Origin: Marsupella aquatica
Taxonomy: Eukaryota > Plantae > Marchantiophyta
DNA: 64,000 nucleotides
NCBI GenBank assembly: GCA_973895155.1
Contig: OZ316898.1
Coordinates: forward strand, 5,815,079 to 5,879,078
Direction: 5' to 3'
How positions within the stretch are numbered: position 1 is the first letter of the stretch; each line of letters starts with the position of its first letter. The position numbers and the translations under genes are program-made. Under the pieces are notes generated by a model. That model was not told the origin of the DNA and did no database searches. It saw nothing but the letters and a program-made list of their open reading frames with translations. Of this stretch, positions 62,943 to 64,000 are shown piece by piece.

Positions 62943-64000
62943 ATATTTCCCTTACAGCTTTTCATAAATCTGTCCCCCAAATCAATCGAATACATTGATT
63001 TGACCCCCAAATAGAATGGTGATCGATATAGCTACACTGTTGACCATAATTAGTGTCAGTAACACTAATTCGAGAGCATCCATCTTCCGGGTCTACTTGT
63101 GAATGAGTGTTAGTCACACAAATTCTGAGCAAACACTAATTTCGTGTACTTCAAATGTATGTAACACTAATTGAAGTGACTTTTTGACTCGTATCACGCA
63201 GTGCGAGAATGCTGGGATTTCAAGTGTTCAACCCCCGGTTCAACCAGGCCTCTCATCACAGGCTAGCTCTTTGTTAGGGTATTCAGTTTTCACTCTCATT
63301 CAGGCGAACATTGATATATTGATGAGCACAATGTGAGCTGACAGAAAAAGATCCCTAATAGATGCTTTAGCCTCCATGACTATAGAGCTCTCCGCAGTTC
63401 CAGATACTCTACTGTTGGATGGAAAATAAAACCTCCAAAAATGATTGCGCGCAGGAGTAAATATTGTGGACCCCTCAAATCCCAAGTAGATACTCTAGCC
63501 CTCCATGACTACGAGCTTTCACCTCTAGATGCTCTATAGTAGTATGTTGCACAAAACCTTTAAACAAAATATAAAAAATAATAATTTTGAAAACCAATAC
63601 CAATTAGTGTTATTTTTGCTTCCGGATCAAGGTCACATAAATTAGTGTGGCATAACACTAATTAAGACCAACATCATTCTAGTGCTAGACTACTTTAACT
63701 TATTAAAAATATATATAAAAAACTAAGTTATACTATCACTCTTAAATTTATTAAATCATAAATTTTGTATAAGATAATAGAAATATAAAATAATTATAAA
63801 ACTTGCAATCATGGAGAATTGAAGCGCACCACACTCTGTGCCCAAGTACAACAAGACTCGGGCCGAGAGGAGGTTGCGGTTCATAAAATGATTGTTTAAA
63901 TGTAAAATAGCATTTGGTTCTGCACAGCAGATCTATGTGATGCAGTGGTAGAGAAGCACAGTTGGCTCCTTGAGCTCGTGAGTTCAAACCGAGCATAAAG

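Overview
Eukaryotic, intron-containing genomic DNA. It is most likely a non-seed land plant; the F-box subfamily looks liverwort-like, but that is inference. The first ~39 kb holds three host genes: a multi-exon FYRN/FYRC-domain gene, a ZIF1/ZIFL-like MFS transporter and an intronless F-box gene. It also holds a frameshifted, fungal-type flavin monooxygenase relic, several MITEs with 8-bp TSDs, and inverted repeats. From 39209 to 62011 there is a three-level nest of LTR retrotransposons: a Copia (+, 332-bp LTRs, TSD TACCC) interrupted by a Ty3/Gypsy (+, 44822-60896), itself interrupted by a very young Copia (-, apparently identical 421-bp LTRs, TSD CAGTG). The Gypsy is the candidate novel system, for four reasons. 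(1) Its pol carries a DNMT3-like cytosine-5 methyltransferase between protease and RT, and a PHD finger after the integrase. (2) Its termini are split direct repeats (A...B-A-B) instead of ordinary LTRs, with a palindromic GACAGCTGTC junction. This fits DDE-integrase insertion from a 2-LTR circle cut at an internal site. (3) It has no tRNA PBS but has a 12-nt self-priming site. (4) Its 5' leader holds an antisense 5S-rRNA-type Pol III promoter followed by four extra box-C copies. All calls were made by eye; no database searches were run.
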